This document shows positions 45,919-55,340 of a stretch of 64,000 bases of DNA, in pieces. Location of the stretch: contig JBILLK010000026.1 of the NCBI GenBank assembly GCA_044376115.1, positions 82,461-146,460 of the forward strand. Reading direction: 5' to 3'. Origin of the DNA: Polyangiaceae bacterium. Its GTDB lineage: Bacteria; Myxococcota_A; Polyangia; Polyangiales; Polyangiaceae. Under the pieces are notes generated by a model. It was not told the DNA's origin and made no database searches. It saw only the letters and a list, made by a program, of their open reading frames with translations. The position numbers and the translations under genes are program-made. Positions within the stretch are counted from its first letter, which is position 1. Each line of letters starts with the position of its first letter.

Positions 45919-47271
45919 CTACTTGTCCTTCTCTTTGGACAGCTTGTCAGCTCGCTCGGCCAAGTACTTCGCGTCCGCACCTTGCTTCTTCAGTGCCGTA
46001 GCGATCGTCGCGAGCAGCTTCTGCTGCTTGAACTGACGGAGCGTGTAGAGCACGTCGCTGCGCGCCGATGTGTTGGCGTCCTTGTCCAAAGCAATCGACT
46101 CTAGGGCTTTGATCAGGCGCGGCTGATCGTAGTAAGGCTTGACCTTGCCGTACCACTCGGCGCCTGACTTGTCGTAGTTCTTGAACTCGGTCTTGGCCCA
46201 CTGCAACTTCGACAGACCGCGCCAGGGTGGGGTGTTCTTGTTGCGCGGCTTGGCTTCGAGCCCTTTCATCACCAGCTCAAAGCCCTCCTTGAGCGGAGCC
46301 TTGGGATACGGCAAGGCCACCCAGGTTTCAATCAGCCCATCCCAACAACCTTGCTTCAGCTCATCGGCGGTGGACGCATCATCGAGCAGCTGCTTGAAGA
46401 CCGGGAGCGCCTTTGGGTCTTGGGTTGAGCCCAAGCCCGAGCAGGCGGCCGCGCGCACGCCGGTGTCCGGATCCGATTGGGTCTTCGCCAGCAGTTTGTC
46501 GAAGCCGCCGCTGGTCGCTGCGAGGACCTCCGCGTCGCCGAGGATGCGGGCCGCAGCCTCGCGAACCCGCGGCTCCTTGTGGTCCACCGTCTCCATCAAG
46601 AACGCACGGATCTCCGGGTTCTTGCGGCCACCCGAGGTCAAGTGAGAGACCTGTTGCGCGAGCACGATCGGATCCGTTTCGGCTTTGGCGGCCTCGAGAT
46701 ATTGCGCGGGCCCTTCCTTCGGAGCGTCGTAGGAGAAGGCTCGCAACGAAGCCTCGAAGGCGGCCTTGAAGCGCACGGCGTTGGCCGGGTGACGCAGGTG
46801 CTTGAGGGCCACCATGCCTTGCGTCTTGAAGTCCTCCGACTTGTGACTGGACGCCTCGTGGAAGTCTTTGAGGGCCTGGCACTTGTAGTCGATGCTCGAG
46901 GTCTCGAGCCGACACTCAGCCAAACCGAGGAGCGCCGTTTCAAAGGCGTCTGCCGTCAGCGGTGCGCTCTTGTCCTTGAGGAACTCGGCGAACTTCTCCT
47001 TGGAGAGAGGTGCCACCGGCGCTGGGCCGGAGGGCGGGGCGGGGAGCGCCGGGGGAACGCTTGCACTAGGCTCACCGGAGGCCTTGGCGCTCTTGTCGCC
47101 GCCGACCTTGCCCTTGTCCTTGTCCTTGTCCTTCTTCTTCTTTTTCTCCTTCGCGTCGTCCTCGTCATCCTCGTCGGCCTTCTCAGCCTTGGAGTCCTTC
47201 GACTTGGAGTCGCAACCGACCATGGGGACGGCAGACAACGCACCCAACAACAAGAGCCAGCGCAGATTCAT
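45919..47271 (-). CDS. HEAT-repeat lipoprotein with D/K-rich linker
   Basis: Lipobox MVGC; DEDDEDD/KKKKKDKDK tract; VREAAARILG and VRAAACSGLG HEAT repeats. Confidence 0.8.
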   Translation of the reverse strand: MNLRWLLLLGALSAVPMVGCDSKSKDSKAEKADEDDEDDAKEKKKKKDKDKDKGKVGGDKSAKASGEPSASVPPALPAPPSGPAPVAPLSKEKFAEFLKDKSAPLTADAFETALLGLAECRLETSSIDYKCQALKDFHEASSHKSEDFKTQGMVALKHLRHPANAVRFKAAFEASLRAFSYDAPKEGPAQYLEAAKAETDPIVLAQQVSHLTSGGRKNPEIRAFLMETVDHKEPRVREAAARILGDAEVLAATSGGFDKLLAKTQSDPDTGVRAAACSGLGSTQDPKALPVFKQLLDDASTADELKQGCWDGLIETWVALPYPKAPLKEGFELVMKGLEAKPRNKNTPPWRGLSKLQWAKTEFKNYDKSGAEWYGKVKPYYDQPRLIKALESIALDKDANTSARSDVLYTLRQFKQQKLLATIATALKKQGADAKYLAERADKLSKEKDK

Positions 47272-47333
47272 GCGCGGGAGGCTGCAACGAATTGCCCCTC
47301 GTTGCAACGGCCCAAAGCGACGATGCCTGAACG

Positions 47334-48179
47334 TTAGCGACGCGGCGGGCGGTTCGACTGCGGAGGGTCCGTTTGCGGCCTGGGCGGCGCGCTCGGACGC
47401 AGCGCCTGAATCCGCGGATCATTGGGCGAAAGACCGAGAGCCGCGGCAAGCGATGGAAGCCCGCCGGTGTCCGGGTAGGTCTCTCCGTCCTCGTCGTGTC
47501 GCGGTTGCTGAGGAGGCGGCCTGTGCGAAGGCGGTGGAGCCGCTTCAGCCATTGGTGGTGGCGGCGTATTGGGGGGTGGGGCGTTCGAGCGAGACCGTTG
47601 CCACGGCGACCCCGGGATGCTGCGCGGGGGCGCCGGCGGACGCTGACCTGCGGGTGCGATCTTGAAGGGAGCCTCGGGCGTACGCAGCGCCTCAAGATCC
47701 TTGCGACTGACAACCATCGTATCGAGGTTGAAATCATCCCCCGATTCGGAGATCGGCGCGGCGCTCGGCTCCTCCTCGAAGGCGTGCGAGAACGTGGGAG
47801 CCGGGCGCTCGAACGTTGGCGCAGGCGCGCGCTCGAACGTCGGCGAAGCAGAGCGCTCGAAATTGGGCGACGGGCGCTCAAACGTCGGGGACGGACGTTC
47901 GGTTCCGGGGCGCTCGTAGACCGCGGCCAGCTCATCCGCACGCTCGACAGCGTCACTCGTCCGCGCGCGCAGAACCTCGAGTTCACGCTCGATACGCGAG
48001 GACTTCGCCTCGAGCAGGTTGTACGCCGAGGTTGCGACGTGGAGCCGCTTGCGCAGATCCTCGACGACCTCCTCTTGCGCAGCCACTTCCTCGGCAAGAG
48101 CGCGAATCGCCGCTTGCGGATCTTGCGGCTGTCCGAGGCGCATCGCGTTGAGCAGGAGTCGGAAGTTCGGTGTTGCCAT
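47334..48179 (-). CDS. hypothetical coiled-coil and Pro-rich disordered protein
   Basis: Heptad-like N-terminus; (P)TFERP repeats; Pro-rich tail. Confidence 0.7.
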   Translation of the reverse strand: MATPNFRLLLNAMRLGQPQDPQAAIRALAEEVAAQEEVVEDLRKRLHVATSAYNLLEAKSSRIERELEVLRARTSDAVERADELAAVYERPGTERPSPTFERPSPNFERSASPTFERAPAPTFERPAPTFSHAFEEEPSAAPISESGDDFNLDTMVVSRKDLEALRTPEAPFKIAPAGQRPPAPPRSIPGSPWQRSRSNAPPPNTPPPPMAEAAPPPSHRPPPQQPRHDEDGETYPDTGGLPSLAAALGLSPNDPRIQALRPSAPPRPQTDPPQSNRPPRR

Positions 48180-48239
48180 GGCCCCTTCGGCCACCTTATC
48201 AAACCGCGCTCAAAACCGGCGCGCTAACAATCTCCCCGC

Positions 48240-49550
48240 TCAATAAGGCGAACCATCGTCGCCGTTCAGGTGGAAGGCCGTTGGTTTGCCCCAACAGAGG
48301 ACCTTGCCGTTCTTTCGTAGGGCACAGCTCACCTTGTTGGAAAGCAACACCTGCACCGCATCGTCGAGTCCCGGGACGAACACTGGCTTGGGCTCGACCA
48401 CCACATCGATGGGGGTCGTGGATTCGATGCACTGACCGTCGGTCTCAAACACGCGGAAGTTGTCGGGCACCCTATTGGGATCGGCCGGCCGATGGCCCAA
48501 CTCGCAATCGCGTGCGCCAGGCTGACTTTTGCAGCTGCGGATCGACTCCTGTGCGGCCAGATTCTGCGCAATCGCCTGCTTACGCCAAACGGTCTCGGTC
48601 TCCGACATATCGACGTCGCACACCTCGAGTTCGAGTTCTTCGTCCTCCGGTACTTGGCCAGCGTCTGATTGCCCCCAACAAGCGACCCGACCGGAGACGA
48701 CCGCGCAGGCGTGCGTGCTGGCCAGATCGAAGGAGCTAACGCGACCGAGCTTGCTCAGGTCGGAGCTGTCGAGCTTCAATCCGCGTTTTCCGTTGCCGAG
48801 CTGCCCGAAGAAGTTGCCGCCACGTCCGTGCAAAAGGCCGTCGGCATCGATTCCCAACCAAATCGGCTGGCCCGAACCACCTTGCGGAAGAGTGTACGAA
48901 TAGGCGCCTTTCCAGGACTTCCAGCCGAGTCGCTGGTTGGCCTCGAATTCGGTTGGGTGGCCGTTGGGGCAAACCACCTTGCCCGACGCACGCATCACCA
49001 GACAACCGTCGGTGTAGCTCGCCCGCGGCAAACCACCGCCCTCTTCGACGAAGGGAGCGTGCGTGAGCGGCTTGCTCTCGAGCCCGAGAAACGCCAAACA
49101 CAGGAGCTCCCCGCTCGCACGGGACACACAGATCCCGATGGTTTGGCCCAGTTGCAAGCTGGCGATCTCGACCACATCGGTGAGCGGCGGTAGGTTGACC
49201 GGCTGCGAGCCGCGCTTGCACTCCACCCGCTTCGAGCGGGTTCGCGCGCACACTTCGTCGTTGTTGCCGAAGAAAGCGACCTGCTCGATCGGCTCGGAGA
49301 ACTCCATGTCGCCGGACCCGCCGCCGTTGATCAAGCAATGCAGTAGGTTCCCGCGAATCCCACACAGCTGCTCTCCGCGCCGCAGCAGTTGAGTTACGCC
49401 CAAGAGCGGCTCTTCTTTGGGCTTCGTCCGCACCACGACGGGGTTCGCTGGGCCGTCAGTTGGGCCAGGATTACATGGTGGGCAAGGCGCGGGTGCAGCA
49501 CAGGCGCCGAGTAGCAGTACGAAAGCGAAGGCGAAGGACGGGCGAAGCAT
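48240..49550 (-). CDS. RCC1-repeat lipoprotein
   Basis: Lipobox LLGAC; GGNFFGQLG, HACAVVSGRVACWG, SCALRKNGKVLCWG. Confidence 0.82.
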   Translation of the reverse strand: MLRPSFAFAFVLLLGACAAPAPCPPCNPGPTDGPANPVVVRTKPKEEPLLGVTQLLRRGEQLCGIRGNLLHCLINGGGSGDMEFSEPIEQVAFFGNNDEVCARTRSKRVECKRGSQPVNLPPLTDVVEIASLQLGQTIGICVSRASGELLCLAFLGLESKPLTHAPFVEEGGGLPRASYTDGCLVMRASGKVVCPNGHPTEFEANQRLGWKSWKGAYSYTLPQGGSGQPIWLGIDADGLLHGRGGNFFGQLGNGKRGLKLDSSDLSKLGRVSSFDLASTHACAVVSGRVACWGQSDAGQVPEDEELELEVCDVDMSETETVWRKQAIAQNLAAQESIRSCKSQPGARDCELGHRPADPNRVPDNFRVFETDGQCIESTTPIDVVVEPKPVFVPGLDDAVQVLLSNKVSCALRKNGKVLCWGKPTAFHLNGDDGSPY

Positions 49551-49771
49551 GGGGACACAAACGTTCGCATCCCCGGCGGCTTACACCAAGCCAAGGACCT
49601 CTTTCCAAGCTGGACGACCGGCCCTAAGGGCGACGGGTGAGGCGCCGCAGCACGTCTCCTTGACGCAAAGCGGCAGACTTGCAAATGAGTACGCGCTCTC
49701 GACCATCGTCGAGGGCGAAGGCTGCACGGTTTTTCGGTTCGCCAAGGCGAACTCGCGGTTAGGAGCCCTTC

Positions 49772-50602
49772 GTGAAGATATTGGTTGCACTGAAGCGCGT
49801 TGCAGACCCCGACAACGCCAACAAGGTGAAGATCCCGGCTGGCGGGGAACGTGTCGATACGACCGGACTCGAGTGGAAGCCGAACCCGTTTGATGAGTAC
49901 GCCCTCGAGGCCGCGCTGCGTTTGACCGAGAACGGTCAAGCTCCGAAGCCGCGCACGGGTGAAGTCACCGTGGTGACCTTCGGACCCAAGGAGACGGAGA
50001 CCACGTTGCGCAGCGCCCTCGCTACTGGCGCCGACAAAGCCATCCGCGTAGACGCCAATGATGACGCGTTGGACGGTGACCTGGTTGCACGCGCGCTCAC
50101 CGCGCTCGTCCAGAAAGAGAAGCCCGATCTTTTGATCCTCGGCAAGCAAGCCGTAGATGGTGACTCCAACCAGGTGGGCCAGCTGGCCGCCGAGTATCTG
50201 GATTGGCCGCAAGCTACCTTCGCCGCGACGATCGAGCAGGAGGCCTCCGGCTCGCTGCTCGTCGGTCGCGAGGTCGACAGCGGCGTGGCCAAGGTCCGCC
50301 TCAAGTTGCCCGCCGTGATCACGGTGGATTTGCGCATCGTCTCGGGCACCAGCGTGTACTCGACCAAGACGCCGCGCAGCTTCAAGTACAACGACTCGGT
50401 TCGCTACGCGAAGTTGCCGGACATCATGGCCGCCAAGAAGAAGCCGCTGACCGAGATGAAGCTCACGGATCTCGTGAGTGATACAGCGCTGAAAGTTGTT
50501 CACGGTTCCTACCAAGCGCCGCCCGCCCGCAAGGCCGGCGTGAAGGTGAAGGACGTGGCTGAGCTTGTTGAGAAGCTCAGCAAAGAAGCCAAGGTTCTCT
50601 GA
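49772..50602 (+). CDS. etfB: electron transfer flavoprotein beta subunit
   Basis: MKILVALKRV, NPFDEYALE, GKQAVDGDSNQV, REVDSG; AGGAG RBS. Confidence 0.96.
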   Translation: MKILVALKRVADPDNANKVKIPAGGERVDTTGLEWKPNPFDEYALEAALRLTENGQAPKPRTGEVTVVTFGPKETETTLRSALATGADKAIRVDANDDALDGDLVARALTALVQKEKPDLLILGKQAVDGDSNQVGQLAAEYLDWPQATFAATIEQEASGSLLVGREVDSGVAKVRLKLPAVITVDLRIVSGTSVYSTKTPRSFKYNDSVRYAKLPDIMAAKKKPLTEMKLTDLVSDTALKVVHGSYQAPPARKAGVKVKDVAELVEKLSKEAKVL

Positions 50603-50621
50603 CCCGCTGGAGCTCGAAGCC

Positions 50622-51593
50622 ATGACAACCGTACTCGTCGTTGCAGAACTGGGCGAAGGAAAGGTCAAGAAGACCACTCACTCCGCCATCGCATTCGCTC
50701 GCACTGTCGCCCAAGGAACGGGCGGCTCTTTCAGCATTCTGTTGGTTGGCAAAGGCGCCTCGGCCGCAGCCGCTGAAGTCGCTGCCTTCGGCGCAGAGAA
50801 GCTCCTCACCACCGATGACGCTTCACTCGCCGACTACGTCGCCGAGAAGTTCGTTCCCACCGTCGCCGAGGCCGCGAAGGGCTTCGACGTGATCGTGGCG
50901 ACGGCGAGCTCCTTCGGTAAAGATCTGCTTCCGCGCATCGCGGCGCGGCTCTCTGCCGGCTACGCAGGCGACATCATCGGCGTGGAGATCCAGGGCGGCG
51001 CGCCCGTGTATCGCCGCCCGGTGTACGCCGGCAACGCCTCCGGCGTCGCCTCGATCAAGACCGCCAAACACGTGGTCACCGTGCGTCAAAGCGCCTTCCA
51101 GCCGGCTGAACCGAGCGGCGGTGCAACCGCGGCCTCGGCTCACCCGCTGTCCGCGCCTACGGCCGGTGCAGCTCGCGTCGAGTACCTCGGCACCGAGTCG
51201 GTCAAGAATGAGCGTCCCGAGCTGACCGAGGCCCGCGTGGTGGTTTCGGGTGGTCGCGCGCTCAAAGAGCGTTTCAACGAGGTGCTCACGCCCCTCGCCG
51301 ACGTGCTCAGCGCGGCCGTGGGAGCCTCGCGTGCAGCCTGTGACGCAGGCTACGCCCCGGGCGACCTGCAGGTCGGGCAAACCGGCAAGATCGTCGCGCC
51401 GCAGCTCTACATCGCGGTGGGCATCTCCGGCGCAATCCAGCATCTCGCCGGCATGAAGAGCTCGAAGTACATCGTGGCGATCAACAAGGACGCAGAAGCG
51501 CCCATCTACCAAATCGCAGACTACGGTCTGGTGGCGGATCTGTTCACGGTCGTTCCGGAGCTCACCACGCAGATCAAGGCCGCCAAAGCCTGA
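50622..51593 (+). CDS. etfA: electron transfer flavoprotein alpha subunit
   Basis: [33 protein letters not shown]. Confidence 0.96.
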   Translation: MTTVLVVAELGEGKVKKTTHSAIAFARTVAQGTGGSFSILLVGKGASAAAAEVAAFGAEKLLTTDDASLADYVAEKFVPTVAEAAKGFDVIVATASSFGKDLLPRIAARLSAGYAGDIIGVEIQGGAPVYRRPVYAGNASGVASIKTAKHVVTVRQSAFQPAEPSGGATAASAHPLSAPTAGAARVEYLGTESVKNERPELTEARVVVSGGRALKERFNEVLTPLADVLSAAVGASRAACDAGYAPGDLQVGQTGKIVAPQLYIAVGISGAIQHLAGMKSSKYIVAINKDAEAPIYQIADYGLVADLFTVVPELTTQIKAAKA

Positions 51594-51630
51594 GCGTTTC
51601 GGAGCAGCAGGCGGCCATCGCGAGCCGCAT

Positions 51631-51664
51631 CGGGGAGCCGCCGAGGAGCGGCTCTTCGCCTTTC
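51631..51664 (+). terminator. possible terminator hairpin after etfA
   Basis: cggg-gagccgc-cgagga-gcggctc-ttcg stem followed by a weak T tract. Confidence 0.4.
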
Positions 51665-51758
51665 GAAGCCGAGCATTGTGGGGCGTGGATTGGCTTGTTT
51701 GCGCCTCGGCACAAACGAAACCACCGCAGGACGTAGCGAGCGGCTAGATTCGGGCTCG

Positions 51759-52802
51759 ATGAAAGCGAAGCTTTCTCCAGAGTTGCAGAAGCTCATCAAG
51801 CGCAATCCGCTCGCGAGCTCGGCCGAGACGGACCGCGTCTTCAAGGGAGACCTGGACTTTGGTGCGCAAAGATACGCAGCGCTCGCGCACAGCAAGCCAG
51901 AGGCGTGGGCCGTCTACTTCGCCATCGCTGGAGAGAACGGCGCCTCCTTCGATCAAGCCGTCGCCAACGTTGCTCTCGACGCTTGCGCTGGTCTCGCTCG
52001 CTGGTGCTTTTCGGATGGTCGTGACTCGGTCGGCATCGTGGCCTTCCGCCGCCTCTTGCTCGAGAGTACGAGCGCGCCGCTCGAGCCCGATTGCGAACGC
52101 TTCCTCGAGGCCGTGAGCGTGGCAGAGGGCGAGGCCGCCGCCGCTGAAGCGCGCGCGCTCGTTACGCGCCGACTTCCGCCCAAGCGAGCCGTGCCTCAGG
52201 CCGCTGTGGTGGAAATTCCATTGCAACGCCGCGAGCATGCGGGCTTCTCGCCGGTGCCATCTGCCGCTGGGGCACACACGCTCGGCGGCTTCGACATCGC
52301 GATGCCAGTGTGCCCAGCCTGTGGCGTCAAGACGCGGCTATGGCTCTGTTTCGATGTCGAGGCGGAGCCCTGCCTCGCAGCGCTCAAACCCGTCTGGAGC
52401 CTGCTCCCGTTGGTTAGCTGCGGCAACTGCGATGCCTGGCGTTACCGTCACGACTACCAGCTGGACCGCGACGCAACAGCGCTGATCCTGACCGGCATTT
52501 GGGCTGGCCCGGATGAATTGAAGACGGTGATGTTACCGCCACAGCCACCGCTCGAGCGCCAGTCGGTCGCGTTGGAAGAGGCCGATACAGCGACCCTCTC
52601 GCACGAGCTGCAGGTCGGCGGTCAGCCGCTCTTTCGTCGCGAGCCGCTGAATCCTGCCTGTCCGAGCTGCAAGAGCCCGACGGTATTTGTGGCCACACTC
52701 ACCTCGTCAAACGTGTTCAGACCGGCCATCGCGCTCAAAGGCAGCCGTTATCACTTCGCCTGCTTTCGCTGCCGTACGCTAAGCGTTTTGGCTCAGACCT
52801 AA
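51759..52802 (+). CDS. hypothetical protein with four CxxC motifs (YwqG/DUF1963-like C-terminus)
   Basis: CPAC, CGNC, CPSC, CFRC; TLGG and QVGGQP motifs. Confidence 0.65.
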   Translation: MKAKLSPELQKLIKRNPLASSAETDRVFKGDLDFGAQRYAALAHSKPEAWAVYFAIAGENGASFDQAVANVALDACAGLARWCFSDGRDSVGIVAFRRLLLESTSAPLEPDCERFLEAVSVAEGEAAAAEARALVTRRLPPKRAVPQAAVVEIPLQRREHAGFSPVPSAAGAHTLGGFDIAMPVCPACGVKTRLWLCFDVEAEPCLAALKPVWSLLPLVSCGNCDAWRYRHDYQLDRDATALILTGIWAGPDELKTVMLPPQPPLERQSVALEEADTATLSHELQVGGQPLFRREPLNPACPSCKSPTVFVATLTSSNVFRPAIALKGSRYHFACFRCRTLSVLAQT

Positions 52803-53791
52803 GAATCGGTGCAGCAGCGGAAGCCGGCTTCGTAGCCGTAGTCGCTCTCTTTGTGGAAGGTGACCGTGGGTCTACAGCGGCCGCGCACCGGGCCCCACCA
52901 GCCACCTTTGAGTCCGCTGCGATTGGGGGCTTTCTCCTTCGGTAGGTTGACCCACTCGTTCACATTGCCGTTGAGATCGAAAACGCCGGCCCACGAGCGA
53001 CAGGTCTTGCGCTGGCCAATCGGCTCGCGCTGGTCGAGCCGCGTCAACTCGGCTTTGCACCAATCGAGCGCGAGGCACTCGTCGTACTCCGGCAGCACCT
53101 TGGAATGATCGGGGTAGCGATACTCCTTGTCGATGGCGCAGATTTGCTTGTTACGATCATGGCCGTAGACGTACGGCAACATCTCCGGGCCTTCGCAGGC
53201 GAAGTTGAACTCGTCCTCGGTGCAGAGCCGTTTGCCACGAGCTTCGCACAGCTTTTTTGCGCTCTTCCACGAGGTTAGGACGCGCGGAATCTCCCCCACC
53301 ACGTTGGGGTACTCATAGCGGTCCATGCAGAATTTCACGCTGCGCCGCTGTTTCGAAACACAGGTGGAGGGCCGATACGAAAGACAACGCTCGCTGACCG
53401 TCTTGCTCTCTTTGGCGTTCTCGAACTCGGTGTGGTGCTTGTCGCAAACCTGCGTAAGGGCGGGACAGTACTCCCCCTGCACCTGGACCATATCTGCGGC
53501 ACAACTTCCACTCGTGTTCTCGCTGGCCTCCGGTGCCGAAGCAACAGACGAGAGCGCCGACGGCGCTGCCGTCGCCGTCCCGCTCGCGGGCGCGCTCGCA
53601 GTCGTTCGTTCGGCCACGCTGGCGAGCGAGCTTGCGCGAGCACCGTCTTCACGCACCGGAGGGTCCGCGGGCGCGCGCTCCGAGGCACGGTCGCACGCGC
53701 CGAGTAGCGCGAGCGCCCCCAGAGCCAAGAGCGCCCTCTTGCGCCGCGCAGCAACGTCGGTCCGAACCCAAGCCATGAACGCCTTTGGCAC
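52799..53791 (-). CDS. FGE-sulfatase/SUMF1-fold lipoprotein
   Basis: Lipobox LLGAC; FCMDRYEYP, GKRLCTEDE, GVFDLNGNVNEW, GFRCC. Confidence 0.88.
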   Translation of the reverse strand: MPKAFMAWVRTDVAARRKRALLALGALALLGACDRASERAPADPPVREDGARASSLASVAERTTASAPASGTATAAPSALSSVASAPEASENTSGSCAADMVQVQGEYCPALTQVCDKHHTEFENAKESKTVSERCLSYRPSTCVSKQRRSVKFCMDRYEYPNVVGEIPRVLTSWKSAKKLCEARGKRLCTEDEFNFACEGPEMLPYVYGHDRNKQICAIDKEYRYPDHSKVLPEYDECLALDWCKAELTRLDQREPIGQRKTCRSWAGVFDLNGNVNEWVNLPKEKAPNRSGLKGGWWGPVRGRCRPTVTFHKESDYGYEAGFRCCTDS

Positions 53792-53851
53792 ACGTTCCGT
53801 AAAGGCGGCAAGTTTGACGCCCGACGCAGCGCGACCCTACGACAAGCCAAC

Positions 53852-55171
53852 ATGCCTCGACCTGCAACCGACCAGCCCGCACCTCGCTTTGGCAGCGAAG
53901 CCTGGCGAGAGCGGTTTGAGCGCGCCCTCCGCTCGCAATCGCGTTGGGCAAGTCTTGGCGCCTTTTTCAGCGTCTCGCGCAAAGCCCCCGTCTTCATCCC
54001 GCACAACAAGGCGCGCTTCCTAGCCGATGGGCGAGAGCAACTAGCGTGGATGCTCGCCGGCATCGACGCAGCTCGCACGCGCATCGACTTCGAGATGTAC
54101 ATCGTTGAAGACGACGACTCCGGTCGTCGCGTCCGAGACGCCCTGACGCGCGCGGCCGAGCGCGGGGTGTTCGTTCGCGTCCTTGTCGATTCGGTTGGTT
54201 CGGCGGATGCTGGGCCCGACTTCTGGCGTCCGCTCAGCGAGGCCGGTGGTCACGTCATTGAGTTCAATCCAGTCGCGCCGTGGCGCCTCCGCGTCTCGCG
54301 TATCGGGAAGATTCAGTCGTGGCGCCCCAACGCACGGGACCACCGCAAGCTGTTGCTCGTGGATTGCCCAGCGAACTGGGCCGAGTCGAGCGAGCCTCCC
54401 AGTGGCGAGCCTTCGGGACCGTTCGGCTCGTTCGCGGTGGTTGGCGGGCGCAACCTCGGAGACGCGTACGTTGGCTACGAGCTCGGCAAGGGCCAGTGGC
54501 GGGATGCTGCGGTGCTGCTGTTTGGGCCCATCGTGGCCGAGCTCGCACACCTCTTCGATGCGATGTGGTTTCACGGTGAAGGAGCCGACGAAAAGACGCC
54601 CGAGTTTCAGTGTCCCCACGCCGGTGACGCACAAATCATGGCGATTGGGAGCCAGCCCGGCTTCCTCAACCTGCTCCAATGGTCACTGGCCCACGCGGCA
54701 TGGGGGGTCGAACAGGAACTCCGCGTGAGCTGCGCCTACTTCATCCCTTCGGCGCGCTGGCGACGCGCGTTGCGCGGCATCACGAAACGAGGTGCGCAGT
54801 GCCTTTTGTTGCTGCCCAAAGCGAGCGACTTGCCAATCGTCGACGCTGCCAGCCGGCATTTCTGGGGCGGGCTGCTTTCGGCCAAGGTGCGCATCTTCCA
54901 GCACACCCGCGAAGTTCTGCACGAAAAGACGCTGATTTACGACCAAAGGCTGTCTGTGCTCGGCTCGAGCAACCTCGACCCGCGGAGCTTCCGCCTCAAC
55001 TACGAGCTGTCGGTGCTCATCCTCTGCAGCACCCTGGCGCAAGCCATCGTTCGCAATCACCAACACAACCTCGAAGCGGCCGAACCGTGCAGTTACGAGC
55101 AGTGGAAAGCACGTTCACCCTTAAGTCGCTTCACTGACTGGTTTTGGTCACTGTTCCGACACCAGCTCTGA
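53852..55171 (+). CDS. cardiolipin-synthase-like phospholipase D (ClsB-type, no N-terminal TM)
   Basis: Two HKD motifs (HRKLLLVD, HEKTLIYD); GSSNLDPRSFRLNYE. Confidence 0.9.
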   Translation: MPRPATDQPAPRFGSEAWRERFERALRSQSRWASLGAFFSVSRKAPVFIPHNKARFLADGREQLAWMLAGIDAARTRIDFEMYIVEDDDSGRRVRDALTRAAERGVFVRVLVDSVGSADAGPDFWRPLSEAGGHVIEFNPVAPWRLRVSRIGKIQSWRPNARDHRKLLLVDCPANWAESSEPPSGEPSGPFGSFAVVGGRNLGDAYVGYELGKGQWRDAAVLLFGPIVAELAHLFDAMWFHGEGADEKTPEFQCPHAGDAQIMAIGSQPGFLNLLQWSLAHAAWGVEQELRVSCAYFIPSARWRRALRGITKRGAQCLLLLPKASDLPIVDAASRHFWGGLLSAKVRIFQHTREVLHEKTLIYDQRLSVLGSSNLDPRSFRLNYELSVLILCSTLAQAIVRNHQHNLEAAEPCSYEQWKARSPLSRFTDWFWSLFRHQL

Positions 55172-55216
55172 AGCGTGAAGAAGCATGCTCACGAAGTTAT
55201 TGAGTCGGCTCATCGG

Positions 55217-55246
55217 TTGCCAGCGCAGTGAGTCACTGCTTAATAG
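55217..55246 (+). promoter_or_regulatory. putative promoter with palindromic operator upstream of RND pump
   Basis: TTGCCA at 55217, TAATAG at 55241; perfect palindrome GCAGTGA-G-TCACTGC (55225-55239) in the spacer. Confidence 0.5.
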
Positions 55247-55340
55247 ACCTGGCCGGCTTGATTAGCGTTTAGCCGAACTCTAGTTGTCCCCCATATTCGG
55301 GGGGGCCCCTTCGAACCAGGCCACAGACCGTCGAGGCAGC

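Noticed and set aside
52799..53791. FGE-fold protein as the maturase for the sulfatase-like gene
   Set aside because: It lacks the catalytic Cys pair after the GG motif (reads KGGWWGPVRGRC), is a lipoprotein, and the sulfatase-like protein has no CxPxR target.
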